A stretch of DNA of 64,000 nucleotides. It comes from Azolla caroliniana. Lineage: Eukaryota > Plantae > Polypodiophyta. Under the pieces are notes generated by a model. The model was not told where the DNA came from, searched no databases, and worked only from the letters and a program-made list of their open reading frames with translations. Made by a program: the position numbers and the translations under genes. The stretch is taken from the NCBI GenBank assembly GCA_043228905.1, contig JBHGNT010000016.1, positions 13,578,001 through 13,642,000 of the forward strand, in the 5' to 3' direction. This document shows, piece after piece, positions 61,829 to 64,000 of this stretch. Numbering within the stretch: the stretch's first letter is position 1; each line of letters begins with the position of its first letter.

Positions 61829-64000
61829 ACGGGGACTCGAAAGCCTTCTCCAACTTTGAGTCAAACTCGGACAGCGAGTAGTCGAATTATCAAAGCAATC
61901 ACGACACCTCGGACAATCCGGCAGATGACAGTTCAGAGCACACACTAACACCGGAAGCCGACACAACATTACCCACACCACTGGACCACAAAACAAAGCA
62001 AGAACGGTAGGCAGAGAAAAAGGCTGAGAGCGTATCAACATTACCACTGGATCAACAATCCGCGAACATGAACGATTGCGTAACAACGCCACCCTTGAAT
62101 ACGGAGTCGGAAAACGATGAGGCAGTACCAACCTTTGCCAACGACAACATGACATACCCATACCCGAAGTACTAACACGAATTGGATGTAGAAGCACATG
62201 TATATGCGTTTCTATAGACATGGGAAGCGAACCATGTCTCACATCGCCTAACAGAAGTAGAGGTCGAACGATCAAAGATAGCATAATTCAGGATGACATT
62301 GGAGGGACTAGTAGCAAAGTGGCACAAGAAGCACCTTCTCGGGAGCTTCGCCACATTCAAAGCTTTATAGGATCAATTCCTATGGTTGCTTCACCAAAAG
62401 GTGGAGCAAAGAGAACAAATCGGCCAGTTCTATACGGTCTACCAAGAATTCAACGAGACAGTCTCACAATTTGTGATCCGTTTTCAAACACTCCACAACA
62501 AACTAACGAGGGCATCTCCAAAAGACGAGGCAAAGGAGGTCTTTCTGGCCGCACTTCGGGAATCGCTACGAACGATGCTGACAGTAGTTGAATTCCGGAC
62601 AAGCACCATGGATGAAGTCATCGATCGGATGCTAGAAATGGATAGGGCCTAGAGTAGCAATCACATGGCGATGGGAGCTTTGCAGCAAGCGCTACCCAAG
62701 TAAGAGGACTTACGGTTCCGACAAGAAGTCCAATGTACAACATGCCTAAACCCCGGTGACTCGACGTTCGAATGTACTATGCAGAAACAATGCATCTTGT
62801 GCCACTCCCGGTCCTATACAATGGACCAATGCGAGTACAACCTACTCAACCGACAAGCGGCACCGGTCCGATACATGGAGCCTTAGAGCGAGCAACAACC
62901 AAAAGAGAGACGATTCCGGAGGGAAGACCAATATCAGTCAGAACAAAGGCATCGATACGACGTCAGAAGAAGAGAGCATTACAATGATGAACACAACTAC
63001 CGGTGAGGAGGAGACTACAATCGAGAGCGTTAACATCGCGACTACTCCCCGGATTATGATCATAGAAGAGACGACAAACGATACCCGGAATGACGAAAGT
63101 ATCCATATCAGGATAGATGGTACCCGGAATGTCAAAGGAACTGGAACTGGAACCGCCGCCGCCACAACCGGAAGGGAAAGAATCGCCAAGAAGAAAGCTG
63201 GGAACCGGCCATAGAATACCGAAGGGAGACGAATACGGAAATGAGAGGCCCAGTTCCGCTACTGGAGCAACGGAGGCTGGACAAAACCAACCACATGAAT
63301 TCTGGTAGTAAGTCGGGAATGATGGAGAAAGGAGAATCAAGTAGTAACCTAAGGGTTTACTATTACTACTACCGGAAGGAAGGACACTATAGTAGTCAGT
63401 GCCTTGTCAAGACTAGTGAAAAGCAGCCGGCGGTGAATATGGTATTCGCAGAGGTGAGAGACATTCAACAAGTTACCACAAGAGCTAAAAGAAAACCTAT
63501 CGAGTGGGAAACTTAGGAAGCCATCCGGAAGTAGGCTACAGAATGGATACAGAAGGCCAATGAACACAACGTGGCCGACTTGCGAGAGCAGACCAAAACC
63601 CGGGAACCAATAGAGACCACAAACGGGGACCCAACATGGAAAGCGTTACAAGAATGTCAAATTATCCTACCAGTAGGATGTTTATTACAATTAATTCCCC
63701 GATTTACGGAAGGACTAAAACCGATGGTAACACCACAAAATGCCGAGCCAGCACCGACATTTTTCTGCAAGCCGGAGGAAGGACCGACAGTGGTTGACAC
63801 AAGTAGCCCAACAATTACGGCAATCTTCAAAGGGAAAGAAGTACCCGGAACAGTTGTGGATGGCGAATCCGATGTGAACGTTATTACTCAACACTTATTT
63901 GATACATTGGGTATCTGAGAATGGGAACCATGCCATTTCTAGTTACGGATGGTGGATACAAGTTTGGTTTGGCCAACTGGACTAATCAGGGAATTGGAAA
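61829..64000 (+). mobile_element. Element K: degenerate Ty3/gypsy (tRNA-Arg family type) gag-protease, runs off the window
   Basis: gag homologous to E and G (GQFYTVYQE..ETVSQFVIRFQ, CxxCxxxxH knuckles, AVNMV..QQVTTR); protease VVDGESDVNVI. Confidence 0.85.

Overview
Eukaryotic, almost entirely transposon-derived DNA. It is probably from a non-seed land plant; this is inferred from the Ty1/copia and non-chromovirus Ty3/gypsy types, plant tRNA-iMet/Trp/Arg primer-binding sites (PBS) and GT-AG introns. No ordinary host gene is visible. Positions ~7,243-64,000 are a nest of LTR retrotransposons up to three levels deep, resolved by LTR pairs, PBS/polypurine tract (PPT) and target-site duplications (TSD). 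The nest holds 4 copia elements (one very young and nearly intact, 43971-49465), 7 gypsy elements or fragments in two families, 3 lone LTRs and a hAT-type MITE. Positions 1-7,242 are the most unusual part: a decayed, divergently arranged two-gene unit. On the + strand is a DDD-type DNA transposase with a C-terminal BAH/SH3-like barrel. On the - strand is a spliced gene joining a ParB/Srx-like domain to a bacterial-type beta-class amino (N6-A/N4-C) DNA methyltransferase (DIPY motif). Its first intron holds ten 27-bp palindromes at a 51-bp period. The unit ends abruptly inside a gypsy LTR, which suggests a DNA transposon carrying its own DNA-modification cargo. A second notable oddity is gypsy element E (23560-30531), which has a tRNA-3'-end-like sequence (an inverted PBS) where its PPT should be. 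All domain calls come from reading motifs by eye, not from database searches.
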